Positions 8,470-19,379 of a DNA stretch of 64,000 bases are shown here, piece by piece. The stretch comes from Haplodiscus bocki (lineage: Eukaryota). Numbering within the stretch: position 1 is the stretch's first letter; each line of letters starts with the position of its first letter. Location of the stretch: NCBI GenBank assembly GCA_965655095.1, contig OZ296649.1:150598001-150662000 (forward strand), given 5' to 3'. The notes beneath the pieces are model-generated. The model was given only the letters and a program-made list of their open reading frames with translations. It was not told the origin of the DNA and did not search any database. The position numbers and the translations under genes were made by a program.

Positions 8470-8945
8470 ATGTATAAAATGAATAATCCAGAAACATATT
8501 TGTTATCTCATAACAGATTTATTGATTATCTCGTTTTAATATTTGTAGACAAAAGAAAAGCTCAAATTTTTACATTTCCTAGTAGAGTAGATGAGCATGA
8601 TGTAAATTAATTATTGATTTCCAATATAAACGTTTATTTAGACCAAATAAGCACTTGGAAAGATATCATATCGGAACACCTAAACATGAAAACTTTCTGT
8701 TCAAAATAGGTGATAAAAAATATCTTCATGTTGGAGAGTCTATATTTACTTTCACATCAGATAATAACATCGTAAAATATGGATTTCGATACGGTTCCAA
8801 CGACATTAAATTTCCTTTTGCATATGATCAAACAAATATTTATTATATGTTAGATAAAAAATATGAACCTATTAATCAATATAAAAAATCTACATTCAAA
8901 GACGAATATTCTTACCTATATAGAAATGATAAAACAAACGGTTAA
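8470..8945 (+). pseudogene. Paralogue of 7828..8382, 1-nt frameshift at ~8605
   Basis: TAAATG at 8470 opens MYKMNNPETYLL...; adding one A to GTAAATT joins it to ORF 8655..8945 (NFLFKIGDKKYLHVGESIFTF...KFPFAYDQTNIYYML). Confidence 0.65.
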
Positions 8946-9162
8946 AAAATGCAAAATTATAAACTTATTCATAAATAAAATTTCATTGCAATGATCGTAG
9001 AAATACTTTTCATTTTGCATGTCGCCAATGGTTTTCATATAATAATCCACAATATAATATGGTATAATTACACGAATTCGAATAAGAATAATAGTATTTT
9101 TATTCTTATATTTGTATGAATAAGTTTAATTTTTCTTTTTCTTTTACAAATACTATTTTGTT

Positions 9163-9432
9163 AATTTCTCGAAAATGCTAATAGATACGAGGTTGAAATT
9201 TTCAGGGTACACTTATAATTCAACGGGGTATCGAATGATGTATCACACTTTGATGTAGCTTAAAATTTTACAATCTTTTTATGTTTAAGCAAAGTGTTAA
9301 CGATCAATTTTCTCGAAGATGGTAATAGGTAAAAAGTTGAAATTTTCAGGGTTAACTAAACTTTTGATGGGCTTTCTTTTGATGTATCATTTGTATCTGT
9401 AGCTTAAAATTTTACAATCTCTTCATGTTTAA
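9163..9432. repeat. ~145-bp imperfect tandem duplication in the Polinton terminal region
   Basis: TTTCTCGAA.ATG.TAATAG...GTTGAAATTTTCAGGGT...TGATGTATCA...TGTAGCTTAAAATTTTACAATCT occurs twice (starting ~9163 and ~9308). Confidence 0.8.
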
Positions 9433-9929
9433 CGATGTCGTCATAGTGTGTATATTTCTCAGAAATCGTGTTTCTCGCTTTAGACAAAAAATAATCCACT
9501 GACGTGCAGGTGCAATTTTTCTAGTCTATGCTCGGAAAAAAATGTGTATCATTCGTCAGCCAGTAAATTTCTTCACAAAAAACGATAATTCTGTGAATTT
9601 TTCACAAATTTTTCACAAATTTTTTCACAAATTGTGAAGTTTCCAGTGAAATTCTCAGTATCGCTTCAACGTAAAAATACACGTGCAAGTTCATTTTACC
9701 ATTGCTTCACAATTTTTATGTTCACATAGACGTGGAATTACATATAGACGTTTTCATGTGTTGAAAAAAAAGGCGAAGCTCGAAAGAGCTGAGCAATAAT
9801 ATAAGCGAGAGGCGAGGTTTACCGAGCCGGTGAATGAGCGCAGCGAATGAGCGAGCGGGTATATTGTCGGATTTGCTACTGGGTGGATGGCGCAGCCAGA
9901 CAGTTAGTGGCAAATCCGCAATATACTAT

Positions 9930-10095
9930 ATTATTGACGTTCAATTGAATCTTTGCTTACTTCAATTGTTTTCGAACGTCTTGAAAAAATTGAATAAATT
10001 TGAACTAAATTAAATAGGTCTAATTTGCGGCGGTTAAAATGGCACGAGTTCAAAAAAGCTTGCGGTTGAAAGTGTGAACGGATGAAATGGCATAT
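9930..10095 (+). mobile_element. Fragment of MULE right end (same family as 14597-15779)
   Basis: TGACGTTCAATTGA...GTTTTCGAACGTCTTGAAAAAATTGAATAAATTTGAACT...GGTTGAAAGTGTGAACGG.TGAAATGGC matches ~15597-15757. Confidence 0.8.
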
Positions 10096-10331
10096 AAGTA
10101 GGTTCAAGTGTTGAAGTTACCATAGGATCTCGCGATTATAACTTTTTCGCGATTGATCACATGTCGGTCGTTTTTCTATGGAGGTGATTCTTACAGTATG
10201 GTAAACCTTATATCTAGAATGATGCTCCAATGACTATTTTCTTTCATTCTAAAAAAGTATTTTTTCAATTTTCATGAAAACAAGCCAGTTCATCCTAATC
10301 GTGATAGTTGATTGGTAGTTTTTTTTGGCAG

Positions 10332-10512
10332 GGTTTTGCAAAAATGACATCAACTTTGATGTTCGCTTGATGATAGAGGCTTTCGAGTTGAAAAACAAAC
10401 AAAGCAATACTGGCTCCAGAGTCTCCCAGAACATGTTGACCATCTATCCCAGAAGCCACAACTCACAAATGAACCTGGGAGCCAAAGCCAACGACCACAT
10501 GTTTCATGTGCA
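10332..10512 (+). CDS. CCDC33: Host exon, CCDC33-like C2-domain protein
   Basis: Acceptor tttttggcag, donor GTGAGT. Encodes GFCKNDINFDVRLMIEAF...TIYPR, resembling the GFCKND..DVRL.IEAF/IYPR segment of long CCDC33 isoforms. Phase 1 to 2. Confidence 0.72.
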
Positions 10513-11168
10513 GTGAGTTAGACAATTTTTGAAAACGTTCTCTCGCTGATACGCCGCCCATCTGGTTAATGAGTGACGTCCCGAATGACGAGTGACTTCG
10601 TGGGATCGTTTTTTTTTCAGAAACTGACTGATGCAGAAAAAAGTTTGACCTTCTTTGCTTAATGCCCACTGCGGTTCCTATCGAAATACGAGGCTATATT
10701 TAGTGGGGTCCGATTGAAAGTGAGTGACACTTAAAAGGGTGGTCTAATGAGGAGGGTTGCAGAATTTTTACAGATTCATCAGCTTTATTGGTCCCAAATT
10801 TGGATTTTCCACCAACATTTGTATCAATTGAGGTCAGGAAAGCATAGACTTGTTTTTGTAAATGGTTTTACTTATTTTTTAGCGAAGATATTAGCAAATT
10901 TATTCTCTCCAAGTAACAAGAAGTCAGAGCAACTTTTCTGACACTTTTCCCCGAGTTTAATGACTAGTATCCTTGGTGCCTATATTTTGATAAATAATAC
11001 ACAACTTTGCATTTCAGTTTTGGCTATAGTACTTTTTTCACGCTTATATCTACAAAACCCCATTTGCCCAAGACTTGCAATTAATTTTTACAGAAGTGAG
11101 AATCTAAAGTAGGGATTTATTGGTGAAATAAGGCAGCTGCTTTGGAACAGTTCAATAATTGTTTCCAG

Positions 11169-11349
11169 AGACGAGTTTTCTCTTCTTCGCACGCCTTCGG
11201 GGGACCCGATTCAAGTTCACGCTGGAAGAATTAACATAGACTATTCTTTGAAGGAGTACGTTGCCCCTTCTGCCTATGTAGAGCCTCGTGAGGAGAGGAG
11301 ACAAGTGGCTCCGGCTAATCAACGACTCGTGAGGTCTGCAACTGGAGAG
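11169..11349 (+). CDS. CCDC33: Host exon, CCDC33-like (3' boundary uncertain)
   Basis: Acceptor gtttccag. Phase 2 joins the previous exon: Q-DEFSLLRTPSGDPIQVHAGRINIDYSLKEY... Phase-0 donor is either GTTATA (11350) or GTGAGG (11329). Confidence 0.55.
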
Positions 11350-11705
11350 GTTATACAACAAATATTGTCGAACGGTGTAGAAATACTGCTCTTCAATGTG
11401 TATGAGAAGCGCGTGTATCGAATTCAAAATCTCATATGACACTTACACTGTTAGCTGCATGCATTCTATTGCTATTATCTTAATAATAGTGAAAAAGTTC
11501 AGAATAAAGTAGTTTCACATCGTACACCGGGACGACATATAAAATCGAAACCCGAATTTCAAGATATTATGCTTATACTCTAGGGGCGGCTTACTCGCAG
11601 AAGTAGAAATAATTAGAATGTATAAAATGCGAAAAATTGACATGAGTGGGTGACTGTGGCAGTGAAGAGTTATTGACTTGCAATGTTGAGATTTTTTCGT
11701 TTCAG

Positions 11706-11834
11706 GACTTGGGAACTGCGTCTGAGATCACGATCGATTATGTTCCTCAGTCTGATAACGAAATGTCTGTGGACGAAAATGCGGGGAATTTGAATTTCTT
11801 CCTCGAACATTCTCCTCAGCCTTCCAGAGAAGCA
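11706..11834 (+). CDS. CCDC33: Host exon, CCDC33-like
   Basis: Acceptor ttttcgtttcag, donor GTGAGT, 129 nt, phase 0-0. DLGTASEITIDY...EHSPQPSREA. Confidence 0.6.
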
Positions 11835-12203
11835 GTGAGTCTTCTCTTACAGTGCAGAGTTGCTGTTTCTAGTCTGATCTTAAAAAAGTTTCGAAATTTT
11901 CCAAATGGTCTCAAAATTGCCGAAGCAGCTAGAAGGGAAACCAACGAAAAGTATTGGAGGCGACAGGCGCATGCTTAATTGAGACATTAATAGGAAAATT
12001 TTTCTCATAGGACAAAAAACTGGAAATTTCGACTCAATTACCAAAGTGGTTTCGGGGTAAAGAAGGATAATAGTGAACATTTGGGAAGCACTGGGATAGG
12101 AGGGAAAGATGTAAAATTTCTTCAACTGCGTCGGAGCTGGAGTTATTTTGCTGGGAATGTTCTTATGAGAGCGGATTATGCTCATATCTTCATTTTGTTG
12201 AAG

Positions 12204-12385
12204 ATTTCTGTGGCACCCGCGGGAGGAGATGGAAGCGAGAGCGACAAAAGGCATCAGGATGCAACAGGTGTCGGAGATGCAGTGTTGCCAGCTGTAGGGT
12301 CAGAGGTAATCTATATCAAAGCACATGCCGCACTGAATCTACCGGAAGACAAATTCGAAAACAAACCAACACCTTACGTCGTAGG
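12204..12385 (+). CDS. CCDC33: Host exon, CCDC33-like (start of C2 domain)
   Basis: Acceptor ttttgttgaag, donor GTTAGA. IYIKAHAALNLP...PTPYVVG matches the C2 beta1-beta2 pattern. Confidence 0.75.
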
Positions 12386-12650
12386 GTTAGAATACACCTT
12401 TTACGAATCATTGTATTGTATCATTTCGAAATTATGTGAGTGCAGTGATCATAAAAGTTTAATGTTGCTAACGTTTGATATGAGCAAAAATAAACTTTAA
12501 TTTGAATTCTGAATGTCTGAATTTTTGAATTTGTATGTCGAAGTCCGTCCGAAATTTTAGTTTTATCGATTATAAAATGCCCGACTATTGTAGTGAAGTG
12601 GCATTTTCCAGCTCAAGTGGTAAAAGGCCTATTTAGTAACGGTAATGACT

Positions 12651-12720
12651 GTCTCTGTGGTCTAGTGGATAGGACAAAAAGGTTCCGGGGCCGGATGTGA
12701 GTTCGAATCCCAAAGTAAGC
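12651..12720 (+). other. tRNA-derived Pol III head (SINE or pseudo-tRNA) in intron
   Basis: A-box TGGTCTAGTGG (12658-12668) and B-box GTTCGAATCC (12701-12710). No complete cloverleaf. Confidence 0.5.
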
Positions 12721-13084
12721 TATGTTCCTCACTATTTTCTCGATAAAGACTTTCCCATGTTTTCGAAAAATATGGTACAAAATTATTCGTAATACTTCCC
12801 TAATGTATGGCTCGAAAAACCAGGAACTGTAGTTTTTGCGATATCGAGTTTAAATACACCCAAAAAATTCCTTGCAAAAACGAAAATTTGACTGACCTAC
12901 GAGCAACGCCGACTTTGCACGTTCACGGCGGCTTGTGACAGCCTTATGTCGACAAAGTTTACTACTGTATGAAATGAATCAATTTTGGGCAAATTCAATG
13001 CTTTTTAAGAGCTCTTGGGAGTTGTACAAACTTACTAACTTTCTTTTTGATTTTTCCGAATAAATGGTAAAGTTGTGTTAACAG

Positions 13085-13215
13085 GAGAGTGGTACCGGAA
13101 GAAGGCAATGTGTTGGCACAGGGAGTGACCAAGGCAGTGGGACCCTCCTTCACCCCTTACTGGAATGAACAGATCTGTCTGCAGTTCACACCAGAAGATG
13201 TCGACATGCCCAACA
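13085..13215 (+). CDS. CCDC33: Host exon, CCDC33-like (C2 domain)
   Basis: Acceptor ttaacag, donor GTTAGT. RVVPEEGNVLAQGVTKAVGPSFTPYWNEQICLQF carries the C2 P.WNE motif. Phase 2 to 1 fits both neighbours. Confidence 0.8.
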
Positions 13216-13906
13216 GTTAGTATCAGTGTACTGACTCGTGAACTAAAAATAGTGTATCTGTCTGTACCGGTACTGGAAAGTTCCTGCGCGCTATCGTGTT
13301 TTTCGTGTACTCCACAAAAAAGCTAATGTATTTAGAAGCATCATTGTTACAAGGTTTTCCATATTTAGTGGATAGTTTGTGATCAGGGGATTTCAAGTTA
13401 CGGACAACATTTTACGGACCTTAAATACTGATTACGAAAAAAAATCTGCAGCACAAAGTTGAGAAAAGCTTTTGTATTTGTATTCATGGACTCTGAAATT
13501 GAGCATTCAGTTATTTCGTGAATTTCAATACACTGGTTAGCATACACGCATTCATTTCAGAGTTCCCTGTCGTTATTCCTGAAAGGTGCGAACTAGCTGT
13601 CAATCCAATAATTTTAAGCGACGTTATCTTTGGAAAAGATGTACGTTCGTAATGAAAGTGAGTTCTAGTTTCGATACAAAAGATTGACGCCAAAGTTCAG
13701 TCTAATTTACTAGGTTTCGAGAGAAATTGAAAGTTTTTTTGAGAGTAGCACGCTTTACTAAGAGATAGAAGCTCCGGTCGACAAAGATTCTGAAAACGTT
13801 TCAATTTTGGTCTTGGTTTGGTTGTTTTTAGCAATTATAGACTGTGTAACCGTGATTTGTTGAGAATTTTATTGAATTAGCATAAATTAGTTTTTTTTCT
13901 GTTCAG

Positions 13907-14016
13907 ATTTGCTGATCGTGGTCGCGGATGGCCCCTCGAAAGAGACGCTCTCTTCGTACAAGTTCTCTTTGAAGAATATTCAGCCTTTCATCGAATACCA
14001 CTTCGATTTCTCCAAA
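13907..14016 (+). CDS. CCDC33: Host exon, CCDC33-like (C2 domain)
   Basis: Acceptor ttttctgttcag, donor GTTAGT. NLLIVVADGPSKETLSSYKFSLKNIQPFIEYHFDF resembles the CCDC33 V.D..K..L.SY.I..K....F..YHF segment. Confidence 0.8.
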
Positions 14017-14371
14017 GTTAGTCAAACCATCATTTTAACAATGTTTTGATTTCGATACTGGAATTAAAACATAGGAATATCCTTCAAATCACCTATCTTT
14101 TTTTGCTTAGACACAGCAAAAGACTCGGAAAATTTTACTTTTTACTAAATTTTTGTTCAAAGTTTTCTGATGACTTTTCCAGTTTAAAAATTCCAAGTTT
14201 TTCCCTGTACTATCTTTTGTTAAATTTTACGCAAGTTTTACCTTTCATCAATGTTTTGTCAAATTTTGGATTGTCAGATTTCGAATGTTTAAAAGGAACA
14301 GTAAAAACCTTAAACTGCGTGAGAATATCTTAAATTGTTTTCCGTGAAAAGGTTTTCTCTGTGTTGTTCAG

Positions 14372-14571
14372 ATAAACCGTTCGAAGATAGGAGATTCGAA
14401 TGTGTATGTGTCCATTCTGCGTCTCACTGCCACTCTTCCTCGAGACTACCCATCCAATCCTTATTTGGCACTGGAGTGTGACGTCACTGGGTTGGAGTTG
14501 TGTGAGAGTGGGGTGCTGCCTTCCTCTTACTACATTGTCACTCGAGTTGTCCCCAAGGCCACTCAATACTG
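14372..14571 (+). CDS. CCDC33: Host exon, CCDC33-like
   Basis: Acceptor gttgttcag, donor GTTAGT. VYVSILR...LPR...LALEC...IVTRVVP resembles CCDC33 LYATVVR...IPR...MALE...IARVVP. Confidence 0.78.
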
Positions 14572-14596
14572 GTTAGTAGATCAGTATGAATTCAAT

Positions 14597-15779
14597 GGTG
14601 TCAAAACATTTCGTTCTATGCCATTTCAACCGCTCCTATATCAAACGTTCACCTTTTCAACCGCTTGCCCTTTCGACCGCGTGCCTTTTCAGTCGCTTGC
14701 AATTTCAACCGCTTCAAATAGCGAGTAATAGTTCGAAGAAAGTGTCCGCGAAAAGATGGATGAACTTGCAATATATTTCAAAAGTACTTACTTAGAAAAC
14801 CCTATAGCAAATAAGAAGCTACCCTTTCCAATCGAAATGTGGAACCAGTGCGACACAGCAGTGAAGGCAGTAGCGCGGACAACAAGTAGCGTAGAAGGCT
14901 GGCATTACGGATTGCAGGCGTATTTGAATGGATCCACGCCGAATATTTGGTTGCTATTATGGAACTTGGTAAAACATTCGAAACTGCAGAATTTTCAATA
15001 TAGTCACGCAATTGTCGTTTTATTGTGCTCCAGGCGCCCCCGATATAAAAAAAACTTATAAAAACAAGCAAAATATCCGAAGCAGTTATGAGCTCAAAAG
15101 ATCTGTGTCATATCTTGAAGCAATAGCAAATTTGAAATAAAAAAAACAATTACACAGATTTTTTGTATGTTTCAAATTTTCAGGTTTTTCAAAAATTTGC
15201 TGTAAATATTCATCTTTAATTTTGTCTTCTGAAGAAAATTCAGTTTTTTTTAATAGGGAAGAGTTATTGAGTTAGATGTTTATTTGATTTTTTTTGTCGT
15301 GACGCCGCCGTGCAGACTCTGGGAGTGCGTCTCAGAACATTAACGTGATTGGCTGTTCAGTTTAATCCAAGAAACACTTGTGAGATCGGAAATATATTTG
15401 GATTACGGGCTGGCTAACCCTTTAGAAGAATGTTCAAAGCTGGTGACAAGAAATCAAAGTCCTTTCAATTTTGTTATCCTAGTGAGATGCAAATTCCATT
15501 TTATTTCTTTCTTGTGAAGTTCGGAAAAATTTCAAGTTTGGTAACTTTGGTAGTTTGTCCAATATAACCTTTGAAAGTTACGTACGACTTTCCGATTGAT
15601 GACGTTCAATTGATTCTTCACGTACTTTAATTGTTTTCGAACGTCTTGAAAAAATTGAATAAATTTGAACTGAATTAAATAGGTCTAGTTTGCGGTGGTT
15701 GATTTTGCAATCGGTCGAAAAGGCCAGTGGTTGAAAGTGTGAACGGTTGAAATGGCGTACGACGAAATGACTTGTAACC
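14597..15779 (+). mobile_element. Internally deleted Mutator-like (MULE) DNA transposon
   Basis: TIRs GGTGTCAAAACATTTCGTTCTATGCCATTTCAACCG / CGGTTGAAATGGCGTACGACGAAATGACTTGTAACC. 9-bp TSD GAATTCAAT/CAATTCAAT. Subterminal TTTCAACCG repeats. Confidence 0.85.
14756..15061 (+). pseudogene. MULE transposase C-terminal fragment
   Basis: YFKSTYL...PFPIEMWN...RTTSSVEGWH...PNIW matches the MULE RTNN..EGWH motif. Confidence 0.85.
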
Positions 15780-17249
15780 CAATTCAATACTTCAATACAA
15801 CAATGCCATGTCATGAGAGTACGGATTTCTTTCATTTTACAGCAAAGTTGAGGTGAATACTGATTACTTTGTAAACTTACAACTACCATGCTATTGATTT
15901 TTTCGCTTCAAATTCAATTATCAAATCTTAATCACGGCATAATAATGAAGTGGAGCGAGGGGGCCGAAGAATGAAATAGTGAGCGACAGTAGTCTGCCTA
16001 TGTTTACTTTTTGTGGCTCATGGGTGTGAATATTATTATTACTATCATTCATTTCTGCTAATTCTTAAGTGAGCGGCTCCTGGACGTCTGTTTTTCAACT
16101 CTCGTCCACTTATTTTATCATTTCGTTGTATCAATCAGTTTAGTAGCGTGATTTGTGAAATCGATAACGGTAGAATGTAGGTGAAGATTTCTTTCTTTCC
16201 TTGCATTTTAGGTGATGATACTCCCTTCCCTTCAGCAAATTTTTATCACTCACTCGGTTTGAATTGCATGGCGGCGGCGGCGCTCAACCTGCTGACTGGA
16301 CTGTGTTTGTTGTAACCTGTTGCCGCATGCTGTCGTCCTTCTTCTTCTTGAAAGGACAGACATTTGATTCAATTTGTTTCAGCGCATAACTTCACCTCTT
16401 GTATCATTTGCTATCAAATCCAACGGAGTCAACCAGCGACTGAAAATGGATTCTTTTGTACGCACATCAGCTCAAACAAATGTCCAACTAAATGCAACAT
16501 TTGCAATTGATTGATTCGCTTGAAACAATTCCGCCCTAGTTAATATTCGCCAGTAATTACACGAGCGAGCTGGCCGAAGTGTGTATAACGGACGGCTTTC
16601 AGTATTTGGGAAAATCCATAAATCCATGGGAGCGCAAAAGAAAAAATTATTTTGAAAGATCAAGAGGGGGGACTCTCAGCACCATTAAAAAATTCAAAAT
16701 CAATAAAATTTTAACATGAAAAATTCAAACAAAAAAATCACAGTGCTAGTTTTTTTTTAGAAAAAAGCACAAGCAGAAAAAATACTGACCTTGCTTGCAC
16801 GGCAGTCGCTTAATGTTGTCAGTGGTGTGTAATGTGTGTTTTTAACGCTTTTTCGTACATTTTGCGACCTCCTCCAAAATAAGAAATTTCGTGCGACATT
16901 TGGAAAATTTGAAAAAAAAATTCAAAGCGAGGCAAAGGTTCATGTGGTTACAGAAGGAACCATGCAGACCATCACAGTAGCAACGAGAGGGCGCTTATAA
17001 AAAAAAAAGTTTCAAAAGTTTGTTCTTTTTTCCCAGTCAGTATACTAATAAAAGTATAGAAGTGAAAATATGATTTCTTTCATCCCAATTCGCGTGAAAA
17101 CGGAATAAGAGGTAGGCGGGGCCCAATGGCTATCCCAAAAAATTTCTACAGTCCTATCCGCCTTGGGCCTTTTGTGCTCTGCTGTACACTTTTTAAATTC
17201 AAAAACTAGTGAAAATTAACTTAGGAATATGCTTGTTTTCAATGACTTC

Positions 17250-17945
17250 TCCGGAAGTTTGATCTGTAAAATGAAGCGACCACAAATGTAAAAATTACAA
17301 AATGTTCTCAGTAAACTAAACATGTCGGATTGCGCGATCAAAAGTTTCCAACACATTCAGGAATATTGAATTTACATCCAACAAAAGGAAATCATTGGGT
17401 TTTATACGAAAATCAATTTTATTTTGATTCAGACGGTTGTCCACCACCATCAACTAATTTACTCAATCAAATAAAAAAAAGGCATGGAAAGGCTACTTGT
17501 TCAGAATACAGGACTCAGGGACTTGATCCCAAGTAAAATAATTGTTCATGTGCAATTCATTGTTTGTATGTTTTATACCTCTCGCAGGTTTTTGGTTCTG
17601 AAAGAAGTGTCCTAAAATTTAGAATACCAAGAAAAAATTTCTTCAGAAACAGATGATTCAAAATCTAACTGAGTAGAAACGCAGGAAAATTTGAAATTTA
17701 TGAGACAACCTATGTAGCAAAACACATAGACTAAATATCATTGCAGAGACAATTCATGTGTTCCTTCTCAACAATATCTTATTCCCTACAATTTACTTCT
17801 GAGTCAGGAACACTGCTTGGCGTTACCAAATCATAAAATCTTGCAGGAGAACAGAAAAGCGAAAAACCCAATAATATAGCAAGTATGGATAACATACTTA
17901 TAAAATGTGATTGTGTATAGCGATCAATTGTCAATGAAATTCGTT
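17250..17945 (+). pseudogene. Decayed Polinton relic C: protease and penton fragments
   Basis: GILNLHPTKGNHWVLY..YFDSDGCPPP...CAIHCLYVLY (protease), then KPNNIASMDNILIKCDCV*RSIVN (penton C-terminus). Confidence 0.8.
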
Positions 17946-17959
17946 GAAGTGTTTTTTTT

Positions 17960-19175
17960 TCAGACGAGCGGAGCGAAGCCTATTCGCACAAGGACACTCC
18001 AAAACCATTTCGTTTTTTTTTCTTGTTCGTGACATCCCTCTGCGTTTCATCGCTTTTAAGTCCAATTTTCTCGGCACCTATTGGTCGGATTTATCCAATT
18101 TTTGTATAAACACTACGACAGGTTCGCGGTCTATCATAATCAAATTTTTCGACTACCAAAAAATTTTTCGGCGAGTTTTTCAACGAAAAAAATCTTTTCG
18201 GTTTTTTTTAGGGCAACAGTTTTATTTTTCAGTCCTGTCCCTACAGGAAGCTTGGAAATGCTGGTGTCTTTGCACAAATCGATCGAACACCATTCAGTTG
18301 AGCGGCATCTTGTAATATTTTGTTCCAATTTTTTTGGCCAGTTTCGGTCGAAAAAAAGGCTGACATATTTGAATGTTCCTTATTCCCCATTGCCCTCTGC
18401 TTTTCTTATTTTTGACGCTATTTTTCTACAAACGCATTCGTAGAATACAATATAAATCGTTCGTTGCATTCGGTTTTTAGCTGAAAATTTTGTGGGAAAA
18501 AATGAATTTTAAATTAAATTTCTGTATCATCTAAAGCTTAGCGCGTTCAGCATGCCTCAAAGTGATGCATATTAATTGAATTGAGAAACAGATTAGGCAA
18601 TGTATAAAGCAGTGGGTTTGGATTCAAGATTCAACTCCGAGCGGACTTTTCTCGTGGGTTTATCGCCAAAGAAAGTCAAAAAAGTATTTTCCCTTAAGAC
18701 TTGTCGCCTCTTGCATCCAGGAAAATTGCCCTGAGGGTGTGTCTCCTAGTACTCCTCAGCATCTCCTCATTGGTCATGTGACCATCGGGTTGTGTGAGAA
18801 ATCTTTTAGTCGAGTTTTCTGGAAACTTGTCGAGAAAAAACGGCTTCATGGGAAGATTTTTTGTTCCCAGATTAGTATTTCTTTACTTAACACGTTAGTT
18901 GTCACCTTTTGAAATCTTGCTGCTCTGAGACGGCATTTGCTAAACAGTGGCTGGCTTTCGCTGACTTTTGAGATGATAAATTTTTCTTTTTCAGCTAAAT
19001 TTTGAAGTTAGGATAGTTACCTTGAACCTCCCCTGTTATCTGTATTGGTTGTTCTCTGCCTAATCTCTCCGGATTTTGGTACATGCTCTCTGGCATTGCA
19101 TATGCATGTGGTCAGTGATGTAATCGAGAGGTTGAGTACCTTCGCGAGCCTTACGCTGAGCACCTTAGCGCCTCT
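17960..19175 (+). repeat. Interspersed repeat family copy (GCGAGCGGAGCGAAGCC head; possibly Helitron/Helentron-related)
   Basis: Collinear similarity with 23175-24850, 24853-25650 and 29660-30100. Confidence 0.7.
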
Positions 19176-19379
19176 GTTTTCAATTTGAGTGCTCCATCTG
19201 GTTTTAAACTTTTCACAAAATCAACATCTATAAAGACAAACTTGATAGCATAACTTTCTATTCGGAACATGATGATTATGAAGCAGATTTCAATAGAGAG
19301 ACTTTTACTATCCAATACTCGGGTTTGAGCATTTTTGTTGTTTTTGTGTGTGTATAAAAGACTTCTTAACAGCGAAAAT

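Larger units (their letters stand above)
1..9927 (-). mobile_element. Polinton/Maverick (adintovirus-like) endogenous virus, element A; right part, left end outside window
   Basis: Dense intronless AT-rich ORF cluster with A32-like packaging ATPase, two penton-like genes and adenain-type protease. Ends ...ATATACT at ~9927 (AGTA on the minus strand, Polinton-type terminus), where the sequence switches to a MULE-end repeat. Confidence 0.92.

Noticed and set aside
10463-10669. Minus-strand ORF with ARERFQKLSNSLH resembling the piggyBac SR.RF..I...LH motif
   Set aside because: No other piggyBac motifs, TIRs or TTAA ends, and it overlaps a well-supported plus-strand host exon.
15295-15448. Possible solo LTR (TGTC...GACA) inside the MULE
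   Set aside because: Very short, no TSD and no second copy in the window.
16050-16360. Possible additional host exon(s)
   Set aside because: No frame both fits the required phase and continues CCDC33-like similarity.
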